Below, one piece after another: positions 51,001-64,000 of a DNA stretch of 64,000 nt. The stretch's first letter is position 1. Each line of letters begins with the position of its first letter. The position numbers and the translations under genes are program-made. The notes beneath the pieces were generated by a model. That model was not told where the DNA came from, made no database searches, and worked only from the letters and a program-made list of their open reading frames with translations. Origin of the DNA: Thalia democratica (lineage: Eukaryota). Where the stretch lies: assembly GCA_965202585.1 (NCBI GenBank), contig CBDBBG010000298.1, forward strand, positions 1-64,000. Direction: 5' to 3'.

Positions 51001-54000
51001 ATGTTATTAATTTATCAAAAGTTTTCAACAAACCCTGTTCAACAAATCGAGCTGTCCCAAAATCTGCTCCAAAATTTGATCGGTTTTATTCTGGGGATTA
51101 CCCTCATTTGGGGTTGAGCCCCCTTGATTTATCTGCGGGGACTCGGCCCTGCTGGGTTCCGGCTCTGGGGTGAGGGTCCCCGAAACTTCCGGGAGCTTCT
51201 CGGGCGGTTGCTGGGGCAACGGAGGGGGCTGGGCGGACTCCACGGTGACCACCCCGATTTTGGGGGTTTTATTTTTTACTTTTGTGGCCAGTTTCTTTCT
51301 GGCTTCGGATATTTTTGTTGACGTGGACGCCTTCAGGTCCTCGATCGTCGAAATTGAATCCTTGGAAAAAAACAATTACATAAAAGTTTTAGTTTTTATT
51401 TCAATATTTATAAAAATGTTTTTGCTTTATTCGTTGAAACTGAATCTTGAAATTATTATTTTTATTTTGTTACTTCTGCTAATTTACTGTTTATCTGATA
51501 AACTGTTTCATTTAAAAGCAGTTTTGTACTTTTTTAAATAAACTATGTGTTTACAGTGTTTTAAATATTTATGATGTTCCTGTTTACTCTGTTAAAAATT
51601 ATGCAGTATTTAGTTGGTGTAAAATCTCAGATGAACAACAAATATATAACAACAATGTTCAACCTAAAATGATTTTATTATCAAATATTAATTAAGTAAA
51701 ATGTTAATACAAATTTATCATCGCGAAATTTTCAACTTAGTTGTTAAATGTAAAAAAAGTTATACTAAATAAATAATTTTAAGGAAATATTTAATAAAAT
51801 CAAACACACTTCTTCATCTGCAGCCAGTTCGTCTTCGTGGGCAACTTCTTGTAATGTTTTCTTAATTGGTTTGTTTTCTGAAAAAAAATTGTAGTTGTTA
51901 TGTTTTTTTAATCAATTAGGGACTTATTTTCTTAAATTAAATGTTTTCTTATTTGGTTTGTTCTTTGAATGAAAAAAAGTCTACTACTTCTTGAAAAGTT
52001 TTCTTAATTACTTTATTTTGTTAGAAAAAATACTTCTTGCAAAGTTTTTTTTACATACTTATGAAAATGATATTATATTTATAACCTATTGTTATGTTTT
52101 GTTTTATTAGATTGTTTTCTGTTAAAGTTTTATTCATTTTATTTACTTCTTACAATATTTTATTACTTCTTGTTAAGTAGCTATATTTACCAGGAATTTA
52201 TTTATTGTAAAAAGAAATTAATATCATACTTTAATTAAAGATCAACTTTGTTATATACTAGTTAAATGTTTCTTCTTTATTTATACTATGTCCTCAACAA
52301 ATCAAATTTCAAACTGCAATTATACTCTAAACATTTCATTCCTCAAGTTTAGTTTATTTCCTTGTAACATTTTATTTTATTCTTAAGAGTTTGCTACACT
52401 TGAAAGCAAAAAAAATAAACAACCTAATAAATAATTACAAACTAGTCTGAGTTGGAATAAGTTTATTTTGATACTTTTTTGTTTAACTTCCACCTCCGAC
52501 GCTATCATGACTTATATACAACTTTATGCCTACAAAACTTTATAAACACTCTAAAACTGTTTGTTCAGAACCAGATAGTTTTAAAATTTCATACAACACT
52601 ACCCAGTTGTGAAAATAAAAAAAAGCTTTAACCACTGAACAAAGTTTAGTTATTTATATTGAAAACAACTTAAACTAGAACATAACAAGTTATAGTATGT
52701 TTTCAGCTGAAGTACTAAACTTGTTATTTTTAACCTAAATTTATTATACTTATACGTTTATAAAAAAATTCAGCATTGAAATAAAAACTTAAATATTTTT
52801 ATATAGTAAAGCTAGTTGCAAGGCGAAAAGTTTAACCAACGAAGGAATTGAAATGATACAAATAATAACTTAATAAAAATTGTATGGTAACAGACAATAA
52901 AAATATGATGCAACAGAATGTTAAAGACCAAATCAATTTAATCTCTTCAAACTTCTTAAAAAACTATAACTTTTTTTAATTTCAAAATAATCTTGAGTAT
53001 GTGGCTACCCTTGTAGTATTAATTTCCTTTTATAAATTTCAAAACTTGAATTTTGTATATAATAATTGTTTTGAACTTAATTATAGTTGAAATGAATTAG
53101 TTTTAATTCAATAACTATTTGATATACTTCTAATAACAACACATGTCAATTACAACATAAGAAATAAAATAAACATAGCAAATTCATATTCTACAACATT
53201 CTAACAAAGTAAACTTCTAGCTTAAATCAACGTTTTGAATTAAAAATTAGCTTTTTTATAAGTATGCAATAGGCGAATAAAATGTAAATAGGATATTTTT
53301 TTGCAAAGGGTGTAAACAGTGTAAAACAGTATAAAAAATTAAAGAAAATTACTATAAAAACTGTAACTAGAAGTCTTTAAGGAACTAAATTAAAGCTTAC
53401 AATTTTAAGGGATTATATGACAATTCAAAATCTGACAACTCAAATTATTTAAAAATTGTAAAAGGGTCTACATCTCAAAAAGTTTTTTGAGAAAATAAAA
53501 AATGCTTTTATAGGTCTAAATCATAAGATTTGACGGTAAAATATTTTTTATTTTATTAAAAGAGATAACTGAAAAAAAACTCAGAAGTATCAAAATTTAA
53601 ATTGTCGGAATTTAAATAGTCGTGCACCCGTTTTTGATTAAAAACATTGGTCTAATTATTAAAGCTAATCCTAGACAGAAAAAATATACTAGATACTAAG
53701 TATTAGGGTAGACTGAAACACTAGACCAGAAAACTAAGAACTAGGGTAGACTAAAGCATTAGGGCAAAAATGACGACCTGGGCAAATCTAACACCTACCC
53801 ATAGCACAATTCCACCCAATTTTTTTAAATATTTTTAAACTGTTTTTATTTTATTTAAATTTTCTATCACTATTTTCCCTAACCCTTACCCTTGGTCGGT
53901 AAGCGGTTCTCGGATTTGATCAGGTGGAAATTGATCGCGGGTTGGAACTGAGCGGTTCCCCCTACCCATACAAGTAAGTTATTACAAGAACGCATTGTCG

Positions 54001-54021
54001 TTGTGAGAGTGATACTTTTAC
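35911..54021. repeat. Tandem macro-repeat unit C
   Basis: Colinear with 531-18880 of unit A; landmarks include the hairpin at 43212, MITEs at 41938 and 48837, and exon 5 at 50020-50241. Confidence 0.95.
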
Positions 54022-54723
54022 AATAATTGTTTTCCTGCACTAAAGCCAAGGGTCAGAGATATTTAAGAGCGAGAGAAAACTGTCACCCGTGCAAAATAAC
54101 AAACAACCACGTTTTTACATTCTGCAAAGAACATTATTTAGGTTAATAATAAACAGGTTCTTCTTCAGGGATATTTAAAACAGTGAAATTTGTCAAACAG
54201 GGAAATAAAACAGGGAGATTTGAACTTTGAAAACCGTTTTTAAGAAATGCATAACATACTTGACGAAACGTCGTCAGATATCTTATAATAACATCATGTG
54301 TGTTTCTTAAAGTTGGTCAAAACATTAGATTTAAAGTTGAAAGCCAAAACATTTACTTGTGTACAACTGACACCATTTGTTACACAGCTAATGTTTTTTT
54401 TTAGAACTGTTTTCATTTATAAGACCCTATAAGATCAACAACCTTCGAAAAATAATCAAAATCAGAAAAAAATTGTTACGTCAAACAAAAAAAAAAACAC
54501 AAACCACTTAATTTTTACAAAGAAAGCTTGTTTTTCAAACAAACGAACTTAATATGGAGTTGTTGGCGTAGCAAACCGGCGCCTGGTACCTGGAACTGTC
54601 CTGACTCATGCACGGAGGGGCGGAACTCACGCAGGGCGGAGCCGGATGCCCGGATGTCATCTTCTCGATCCTGAACTGCTCCATGTGCTCCGGATTGTCG
54701 AAATTCGTCTTCCAAACAAGTAC
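50020..54723 (-). CDS. POC1: POC1-like 3' half, copy G4; exons 54723-54549, 54039-53890, 51877-51810, 51360-51034, 50241-50020
   Basis: All five exons and splice sites are intact and the frame is open to TAA at 50020; ORF-track entries 51025..51375 and 50020..50238 overlap exons 4 and 5. Confidence 0.78.
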
Positions 54724-57700
54724 CTTTGAAGTTAATAAATTATCACTTATAAACAGTAAATGTTCAATAATTTAAAAACATTTTGCTCCGGATTGTCGAA
54801 ATTCGTCTTCCAAACAAGTACCTTTGAAGTTAATAAATTATCACTTATAAACAGTAAATGTTCAATAATTTAAAAACATTTTGCTCCGGATTTTCGGAAT
54901 TTGTCTTCCATACTCATACCTATTATTAAAAAATTAAAAATGATCAAGTTATTGGCATTTATGAAGGGATTGATTTGAAAATTTTTGTTATTTAAAAACT
55001 TTTGCTCCGGATTGTCGAAATTTGTCTTCCAAACTAATACCTTTGAAATGAAATATCAGTTATAAACAAAATTATTAGTAAATGTTTTTTATTTGTGAGT
55101 TCCATGTGCTCAGGATTGTCGAAATTTGTCTTACAAACTAATACCTGTTGATAAGAAAAATAAAGGTAATTAAGTTATTGTCATTTATGAAGAAAAGAAC
55201 TTAAAAATTTTTATTTTTCAAGACTTTTATGCTCCAGACTGTTGAAATTCGTCTTTCATACTAAAACCTTTAAAATGATTTAATTATTACTTACAAATAA
55301 AAAACTGTAGTTGTTTTTTATTTGTGAGTTCCATAAGCTCAGAATTGTCAAAACTTGTCTTCAAAACTAATGCCTGGGTTTAAAATTGCATCAAAGTAAC
55401 TAATTTGGTACACTTAACAACTAAATAATTAAAAGCTATTGTCATACTTGAATATTTTGCTATAGATTATCGAAACTTTACTTCCAAACTAGCACCCAAG
55501 TTTATAAAAATAATTAGTTATCGTATCTTAAATAAGCACAAAAGAAGAATATCTCTGACTTCATGTATTGTTCGCTCAGAAGCTAATATAGAATTTTTAA
55601 TTCCAGTTAAAGTTGAAATCTCATCTTTGAAAAATTTCAGAAAAATAAGAAAATTTTCAAAAGAAACAACCACTTTCTATTTAATCATGATTATTTAATC
55701 ATGATTGGTATACTTTAGGGCAAAAAACCAATGCAACAACTAAATAACACAAAAAAAATGTTTTAGACATGGAATTTTAACAGGCGACGATACAACGAAC
55801 AAACAAGATTAGTTCAAGAAAACCATGGCAACAACATAAAACAAGAATGTCACTCTGAACTAGTTTCATAAATTTGTTGAACTTGATTTAGAGTATAATA
55901 TATGGATTATTTAATACAAATATACATAATTTGTATTAAATATCCATCTTATAAAACTAAAAACCACAGTATAAATATGAAACTTTGTATGTTACTTTTG
56001 TACTTTTAACATTTGCTCATTATATGATGGTAGTAATTAAATATATTAAAAACTTAGAAAACAATTTAAAAACAAAAATCTTTAGAAAGCACAACAAACT
56101 AATTACTGATTTATCACAGGTATGACCTTAATATTTAATGAGGTTGAAAACTAAGAATAAAACTTAGAATATTAATTAATTTCAGAATTTAAATTCAAAC
56201 TTAAGAGTAATTAAAATCATGGACTGGTACAAAAAAGATTAAAAAATGGCTTTAAGATGTACAAAAAATTAACTCAAGCTTAATGTACAACGTATCTCCG
56301 ACAACAATTGATATATTGTCAACACAGGACTTAAAGTTTTCAAAAACATACAATAAAACCTGAGAAAGATATAAAAATAATAATGAATGCAAATAAAAAT
56401 AAAACAAAGGTAAGAACAAAACTAACTGCACATTTAAAATGACTGTTTTAAGAAAAAAATATGTCATTCATGTATGTAAAAAAGACATATAACCAACGAA
56501 CTTATTGCGTGAAACAAAATCAACATCATATGGCAATAAATTAAAGCAACCCAGAAAACAAAACTATCAAAAGTACGTTCACGCAACTCAAAAAAGGTGA
56601 GAAAATATTTATTCGAATTTAATTTAAAGTTTAAGCAGATTTTTGACTGTCGTATAAATTAAAATGTTTACTCATTTTAAAGATAGAATCAAAACAGTTT
56701 ATTGGAAATATAAAAAAAAAGAACTGATAATGTTTTAACATTACAAATGAAAATAAGAAAGTTTCAAATCAGATATTTTGATTGTTACGTCATTTCAAAG
56801 AGTAAGAACATGTAAAAGACTTTGGGTAAAGTTTAAAGAAAATATTTGAATTAAAATAACTAATAACATGGACAGTTTAATAATTTACGAACATTACAAC
56901 ATGATGTCTTATTTAAACTTTAGACTACAAACCATAAAAGTTTAACCATAGAAAATAAACATGAATTGACCCTTACTATTTACTTTTAAACTGAATCAAT
57001 ATCAACCAATTTAAAATAAGAATTAAAATAAATTGAATATAAGGTCAGTCTATTAAACAAACTCTTAAAGAATATTGTAATCATTTATAAACTACTATCT
57101 TAAGTCAATCTATTGATTTAAAAATATTTTTTAACGATGATTCATAATTTTGAAACGCTTTCTAACAGCTAAAGTTATAGTTTACTTAAATATATGAAAT
57201 TGTAGTTTAATACTCAAAAATGACTCTTAACCTTGTATAAACCAAGAAAATTTAATATGATTATGAATAGGTAAATAAAATCAATAAAAATACAAACTGT
57301 TGAGTTACACGCTCATCAGGTGTAGTACAACTACAGCTATAGAAACTGAATGGCTTTAAAATCTTCACATTTATTCACAATATTCTACGATTTGTAATAT
57401 TAAGTACAACTTTAATAAGTACTGGAAATAAGTACAACTTTTCTTAAACAATAAGGTTAAAAATAAAGCAAAAAATAAAGCAATTTCAGCTGATGACAGT
57501 AATACGACTTAGCTTTAGAAAAGTAAAAACTAAGTAAAAAAGCTATAAAAGTCCTTAAATGGTATATTTGAAGTTGCTTTGTTTTATTTTGGACAAAAAT
57601 CTAATTTAAAGTGTTTTTAATAATGACAAATTAACAATGTTTTAGACATGGAATTTTAACAGGTGACGATACAACGAACAAACAAGATAAGTTCAAGAAA

Positions 57701-60700
57701 GCCATGGCAACAACATAAAACAAGAATGTCACTCTGAACTAGTTTCATAAATTTGTTGAACTTGACTTAGAGTATAATATATGGATTATATAATACAAAT
57801 ATACATAATTTGTATTAAATATCCATCTTATAATACTAAAAACCACAGTATAAATATGATCTTTGTATGTTACTTATGTACTTTTAACATTTGCTCATTA
57901 AATGATGGCAGTAATTAGTTGTATTAGAAATTAAATTAAGAACAAAAATCTTTAAACAGAACAACAATTTACTTACTGATTTTTCACAAATATGATTTCA
58001 ATATTTAACGAGATTGAAAACCTAAAACGCTCAGAAATTATTAAAATAAAACTTAAAAGAGTATTCAATATAACAGACTGGTACAAAAAAGACTAAAAGT
58101 GGGTTCATTTAAAACTAAAATCTTTAGTGAATACTTTGTAAGGTAAGGAATTTGTTTAAACAAGTATGATGCAGACATTTAAAAACTAGGTTTAAAGATT
58201 CAATTGAATTTTATATTGGTAATAAACAGACTTTTTTAGTAAAATTGTCTAAGTAGATAAGGTAGTTCAAAGCAGGATTATTTGTAGTTATGAAGTGAAA
58301 TTAAAGGAAAACAGTATTAAATCCGTAAACAACTGCTTCACTTAAATTAAGTATAAACACATGCACAAATTTCTAATAATCTAACGTTTAATTGCATCCA
58401 AAATCAAACCAGCCAAATAGTTCTACAGATCATTAATAATAAACAAAAACAATAATTAACATACGAATAACTTTGCAATAACTAAGAAAAAATTAGAACG
58501 TAAATGATAAAACATTAAAAGAAGCTCTTCATCAATACATCTTGACACTTTAAAGCATATGTTATTAAAATTTAAAGAAAAATACCATACTTAATGAGAC
58601 TATATAATGACGTAATAATAGTGTGTAATAAGACTAAATAAATTTCAACTAAAACACCTAAACTAAATGGATAAAAAAAGATATTTCGTTACTTTAATAA
58701 TGCATACAATTTTATGTGGACAAACTAAGACGTTTATCATGAAAAATTTGAACTTGACTGAAAGTTATTTGCGCTTAAGAGAAAATGCTTTATTACTTGC
58801 ACTTAAAAGAACTAAAACTATTTACAAATATTATTAACTAAAGAGAACCCGTGGAAAAGTTTTTAAATAAACCTTGGTATTTAAATTGTAAAGTTATTTT
58901 ACAGTAACATCAACAAAACAATGAAGCGTTAACTAAAAATACATCTAAACCATGAGTAAAACAAACTTTATACTATAAAATTCACTTTTAAACCAAAATT
59001 TATCGAAGTAGAATTAAATCAAGAAAAAATAAATTTACAATATAATAACGGATTAGACTTATAAACAAACTTTAGAACAAACTCATGAAAAGCCAATTTT
59101 TTTTAAACAGACTTTCAAGTAATTCTACAGTAATAACAATTAAACTTAGTAACAACATTAACTAAAACATGATCCGTTTTTGGTTGGTAAGATGACCCGT
59201 AAATAATTTAAAACTAAAGAATATAAGGCTACATAAATCCCCTTCACAGTTTTTTAGCCTTTCTTTATATATAGATTTGAAAAAAAGTACAGTAAAAAAA
59301 TATAGATTCAGAAAAGTTTGAACCAAGTAGACGAGCTTTAAAACATGTAAAACTAAGGAAATTTCCAAACTAGTTGACAGAAAATAAAACCAAATTTTAT
59401 AGAAGTAAATGGCACTATAAACAATTAAAATAAAATACGACCTCGAAATTGAAATGGTTACTTAATTGGCATAGTTTTATAAGTATTTGGTTTAGAGTCA
59501 TTATATTAGTGTAAAATAAGGTCATACTTATCGATTTTGTTTATTACAAACCGTTTATTGTTTGAAACATAAGGTAAAATATTTATTAATAATTGGAATT
59601 AATTACATAATAGGTAAAATTCTTTTGTTCATTTAAATATGAAAAAAATGTTTATATTAAATTGATGCTCTTTCAAACATACAAAATAAGAAGTTTCTAT
59701 TCTTTTAAAGTGACTTAACAGCAAGTTTATGATTAGATAAGACATTAGCAAAAATTATGTATGATATACACAACCTTGTAGACCAAAACTTAAATGGCAC
59801 AACATATACTACAGCTGAATAATAACATTAAACAATAAGTCATAAATTCTCTAAGTGGGATGTATATTTGAACTGTAATTATTACTTGAAAAGACAGTTA
59901 ATCTTTTAAGTTTATAGATATCAATATCATATGAACCAGCGCAACAAGATGTTAATTAATGATTAAGTATTAATCTGTTAATTTACTTGCAGCAATGAAA
60001 TATTTCAGAGTTAATTGCCATATATATATTTATATCTATTATGTATATATACATAGTTTAATTAAGATACGCCTCGTCTAATACTTATTATGTACATATA
60101 TTTAGTGTTGTTAGTGTCTATATTAATTATTCAAATAATATGCATATTACATATACAAATATAGTGTTAGTAAAAATTACTAAGTTAAACTGTATAAGAC
60201 TACCGGGTTATGACGTAACATTTATAATTAAGTAAAAATACATGAAAAATTGTGGACAAAACTGTATTTCGTTAGTGGCTAATTTTCAAAGATTGCCAAA
60301 ATTTATTTAAGACGTAAACATTGACTTATGTAAACGGGAAATGTACATGGAAAAATTTAGCTTTGTTTCCATCTAAGTGACATAAATATCCTACACACAA
60401 TATTGCAAAGATACTACTTACAAAAGTATACGATTTGTACTTTTAAGAATGCAATGTATTACATTAACTAACAATTATAGCATTTTTTGCCCAAACACTT
60501 TTTTTAAAGACAAACGACGCTTAAAACTAAGTAAGTAATCCACTTACGCTCATGAGTAATTTGTACAGGCTTTATCTGTTATCAATAAATACAACGTGGT
60601 GTGAAATTTGTCTGTTATACTCAATGATTTAAATATTAGTATTAAAACAGGGTCGCCACTCGTTTTTCTAAAGTTTTCCGAATTTCTTCCAGGATTTTAA

Positions 60701-63700
60701 AAATACACATGTTTGGGTCTATTTTTAGTTTAAAGTTAAGTTTAAGGTAAGAAACTGTGTTAAGTAGTATAAAAATATTAAAAAGATACTGTAAAGCTAC
60801 TTTAAGTATGTTTTTAATAAATTAAAACTTTTATTATGAAAAAACTTTTCTATTTATATGATAGATGTTTTGAGTAAAATCAAAATTTTACTACTAAACA
60901 CATATAAACCATTAAAAATTCCACATTATTTTTAGTGGTTTTTGCCTAAATTGTCAAACTCCAGGTTTTTCCAGGTAAAGTGGCAGCCCTGTTAAAATCA
61001 AGTTTAGTTGCGCTAAGAAGTACGAGCACATTCACTCGTACATCCAAGTCATAGGGTGCCAACAAACAGAGTGACGGGGCTTAAAAAACAATAGCAAAAC
61101 AGATCAAAGTAGTAGAAGTGAGTTGGCGTGGTGTAAATAACTCTTCATCCTTTTTTAGGACCTATTTAAGCGCTTAAATCATTATTGGTGACTAAAACAT
61201 TATTACAAAAGAATAAAAATTCAAATTAGTGCATTTAATCGTTTTCGGATTTTAGTAGCAGATAAAAAATTAAAATTACAGTTACTTTAATGAAGTTAAA
61301 TTAAACCCCAATCGTTGGAAAAGCTAGTAAAACAAAACGGAATGGACGTTGTTTAGATCAGAGTTTATCTAAAGCGGACAATATCGCCCTTTATAGGAGG
61401 CAAAAAACAGTGAGAAATTGAAAACGTAAATGGGTAATTCGACAGTAAAGGGACTTTTTAACTCGTGCCAAGGGTTAAATTTAGAAATTAGTTTGGAAAA
61501 CCAATTTCAAGTTTGGAAAACAATTCAAAATGTTTAAGAACTAATCCTGTAAGCTTAGAAACAGTAAGGAAATAAACTAAAAATAAAATAGTATCTCAAC
61601 AAGAAGATAAAATGATTAATTCAACCGAGAATTTACAAAAAAGTTTGTACAATTGATGCAAGTGGTTTGTAAATTTACCTAACTTTATGTGGACAATTTA
61701 AGACGTAAATATTTTTTAGAAGTATTTAAAACAAGTGGCTCATGACTAATTTATATCTGTTATCTTTCATACAACATTAGAGTGAAACTAGTCTGTTGTA
61801 TCTTATAACTTCTAGTGAGAATAAAGTTTAGTTATGACTTAGAAGTACTAGCACACTTACTCGTACATCCAAGTCATAACTCAAAAAGGTGCCGACCAGC
61901 AGAGTAACCGGGCCTAAAGGACAAGAATTAAAAAAAAACTAAGGGCAGGCCGGAGAGATGACAGGTGCGAAGCACCGTGTCATCGACCGGCCGTAGCCCT
62001 TTGTTTTTTTTTAATTCTTGTCCGCTACCTCAACACTTACTAATCAAACTCATCAATACAAAACCACTCAGTTAATAATTGAAAAACTATAACTGATATT
62101 ACCGTCAGGCCTTTAATGGTTTCACATCAATAAGTTAGATCACATAAGCTCAAGGTTAGTAAAAGATAACAGATAAAGACCGTACAAATACAACGCAATA
62201 ACGTATATTTGTTTGGCAGTTACGCTACTCACGGTCCATTTGACAGAAAAAGAGGGCCTTCAAGAAAAAAGGCCGTAAAGAAAAAGAGAAAAGGAAAAGA
62301 TGAAAATTTTTTCGCCGGCGGAGCCGGCGAAATGCCTTAAAAAATAAATTTTTATAACCTCCATCAAAAAATCTCATCACATTTTCGGTTTGGGGGAATC
62401 CCCATTTTTGAAAAATATGGGTGGGGGGCCTGAAAAATTTAGTGCGTACCCTATTTTCGAAAACCTATTTAACTAATGCAAATAATGTTTTACTAAAAAT
62501 TTAGTGCATACTTTAAGCGGGTGCGTACCTTATTTTAGAAAACCTATTAAATCAATGCAAATATTGTGTTATTAAAAATTTAGTGCGTACTTTAAGCGGG
62601 TGCGTACCTTATTTTAGAAAACCTATTTAATTAATGCAAATAATGTGTTATTAAAAATTTAGTGCGTACCTTATGCGGGTGCGTAGTACTTAAAGAAAAT
62701 CTTTACTTATAACAGAGAGAGTGTTATTAAAAACTTAGTGTTTAATTCTTAGAATGCGTACATTATAGATGCCTTTAATTCGTTAAAATTACATGTTTAA
62801 GTTAGGGTTAAAACCAAAAACAAATGAATACAGATACTACATCATCCTGGTTAAGTACCTAATGTTTTACATATACATGGAAAACAGTTCATCAATCTCA
62901 TAGAGAGGTGTACTTTTTAATGACAGAAAATATAAAAATATACAAATATAAAAAGAAACAGACCTTTTAAATGTGTACACTGACAAATCTATTTATATTT
63001 TTCTATGTATACTCAAACAATAGTCAGTTAACTTGCTTACGTAAATTGATTTTACTTAGATAACCTTTTAAAAACAGTATAAAATTTAAACTAATCAAAA
63101 ATAAAAAACCGCTTGAGATTCATCTAAACAATTAAAATTACTTTGATTCAAGTAGTAACTATATTCTTGTCAAATAAAACTTTAAAATGGTAAAAAAAAT
63201 TTTATATTCTTGTTTAACTTCAGTTTTATACTGTTCCTACTAAAGGATATCACTTTACTTGTCATGTAACTTATTAAGCTAAAGTTTATCCATGATAGTT
63301 AAATTGGTCTCATTGTGAAGTAATTATTTAGCAATCTCATAAATACAAAGGTTACTACCATCACTACTTATTAACTGGTATACTTTAATTTACTTTATAT
63401 ATTCACTAATAGACTTAAACTTTGAATGCTTACTTAATTGCTTTGTTTAATCACTGATCTCAGACAACTTATTGTGTGTTTCTTGAAGTGTGCATACAAA
63501 TTAAAGGTGTTTGAACTAATCTTTCAATATATTGTTACAAACTAAAACAGTTAAACCATACTACTTTGTGTCAATAACATATGTTTATTAGCCTGTAGTT
63601 CAATTCAAAGTTTGTCAAACACTTGGATCTTTTGAAATCTTTATGGCTGTATATTTATACTATTACCAAAATTGAGTCTTTACATTTGTCATATACGTAT

Positions 63701-64000
63701 AACACAACACAGCAAGTTGTTGATAAATGCTTATTAGTCAAACATATGAACAAAAGAAATTATTGATAGATAAAAGAACAGAAAGAAGTTAGTGATAGAA
63801 GAAGAGAAAAATTAAACAAAGGTGAGAATAAACCTCATACACTAACAACCTTTAAATTTTGCTTGCTGTGAAGTGCTTTGTAAATATATGAGTGTAAACT
63901 TAAAATTTTGGAACATTTTGTTTACTAGCAAACCTAATCCTGATATGGTTTAACTGTTTTCTTTTGTAAAAAAATAAATAAATAAAACTTTATAACAATT
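54022..64000. repeat. Tandem macro-repeat unit D (partial, runs off window)
   Basis: Colinear with unit A 1 to ~10200; hairpin at 61919, MITE at 60648. Confidence 0.95.

Overview
Very AT-rich eukaryotic DNA (roughly a quarter GC by eye) with GT-AG introns; the organism cannot be identified from this window. The whole window is a head-to-tail tandem array of about 3.4 near-identical units. Spacings measured from the exon-1 start at 711, 19581, 36090 and 54723 are 18870, 16509 and 18633 bp. Each unit carries, on the minus strand, a spliced reading frame I assembled by hand (5 exons, 942 nt, 313 aa, all splice phases compatible). It matches the 3' half of the centriolar protein POC1: it begins with the last WD40 strand (VLVWKTNFD), contains the Poc1 coiled-coil motif (LEQILGQLDLLNR|AMCSLGERMDRVEDKV) and ends in an acidic tail. 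I found no exons for the WD40 propeller in the unit. One copy lacks exon 2 in frame and carries a more diverged tract. The ~14 kb between gene copies contains a degenerate array of duplicated exon-1 splice acceptors, two members of a MITE family with 6-bp target duplications, a GC-rich hairpin island with GNA-triloop hairpins, a 79-bp minisatellite and several internal duplications. I saw no rRNA, tRNA, CRISPR array or transposase. The gene model rests on motif recall and splice-phase logic, not transcript data. Homopolymer differences between units may be sequencing error.
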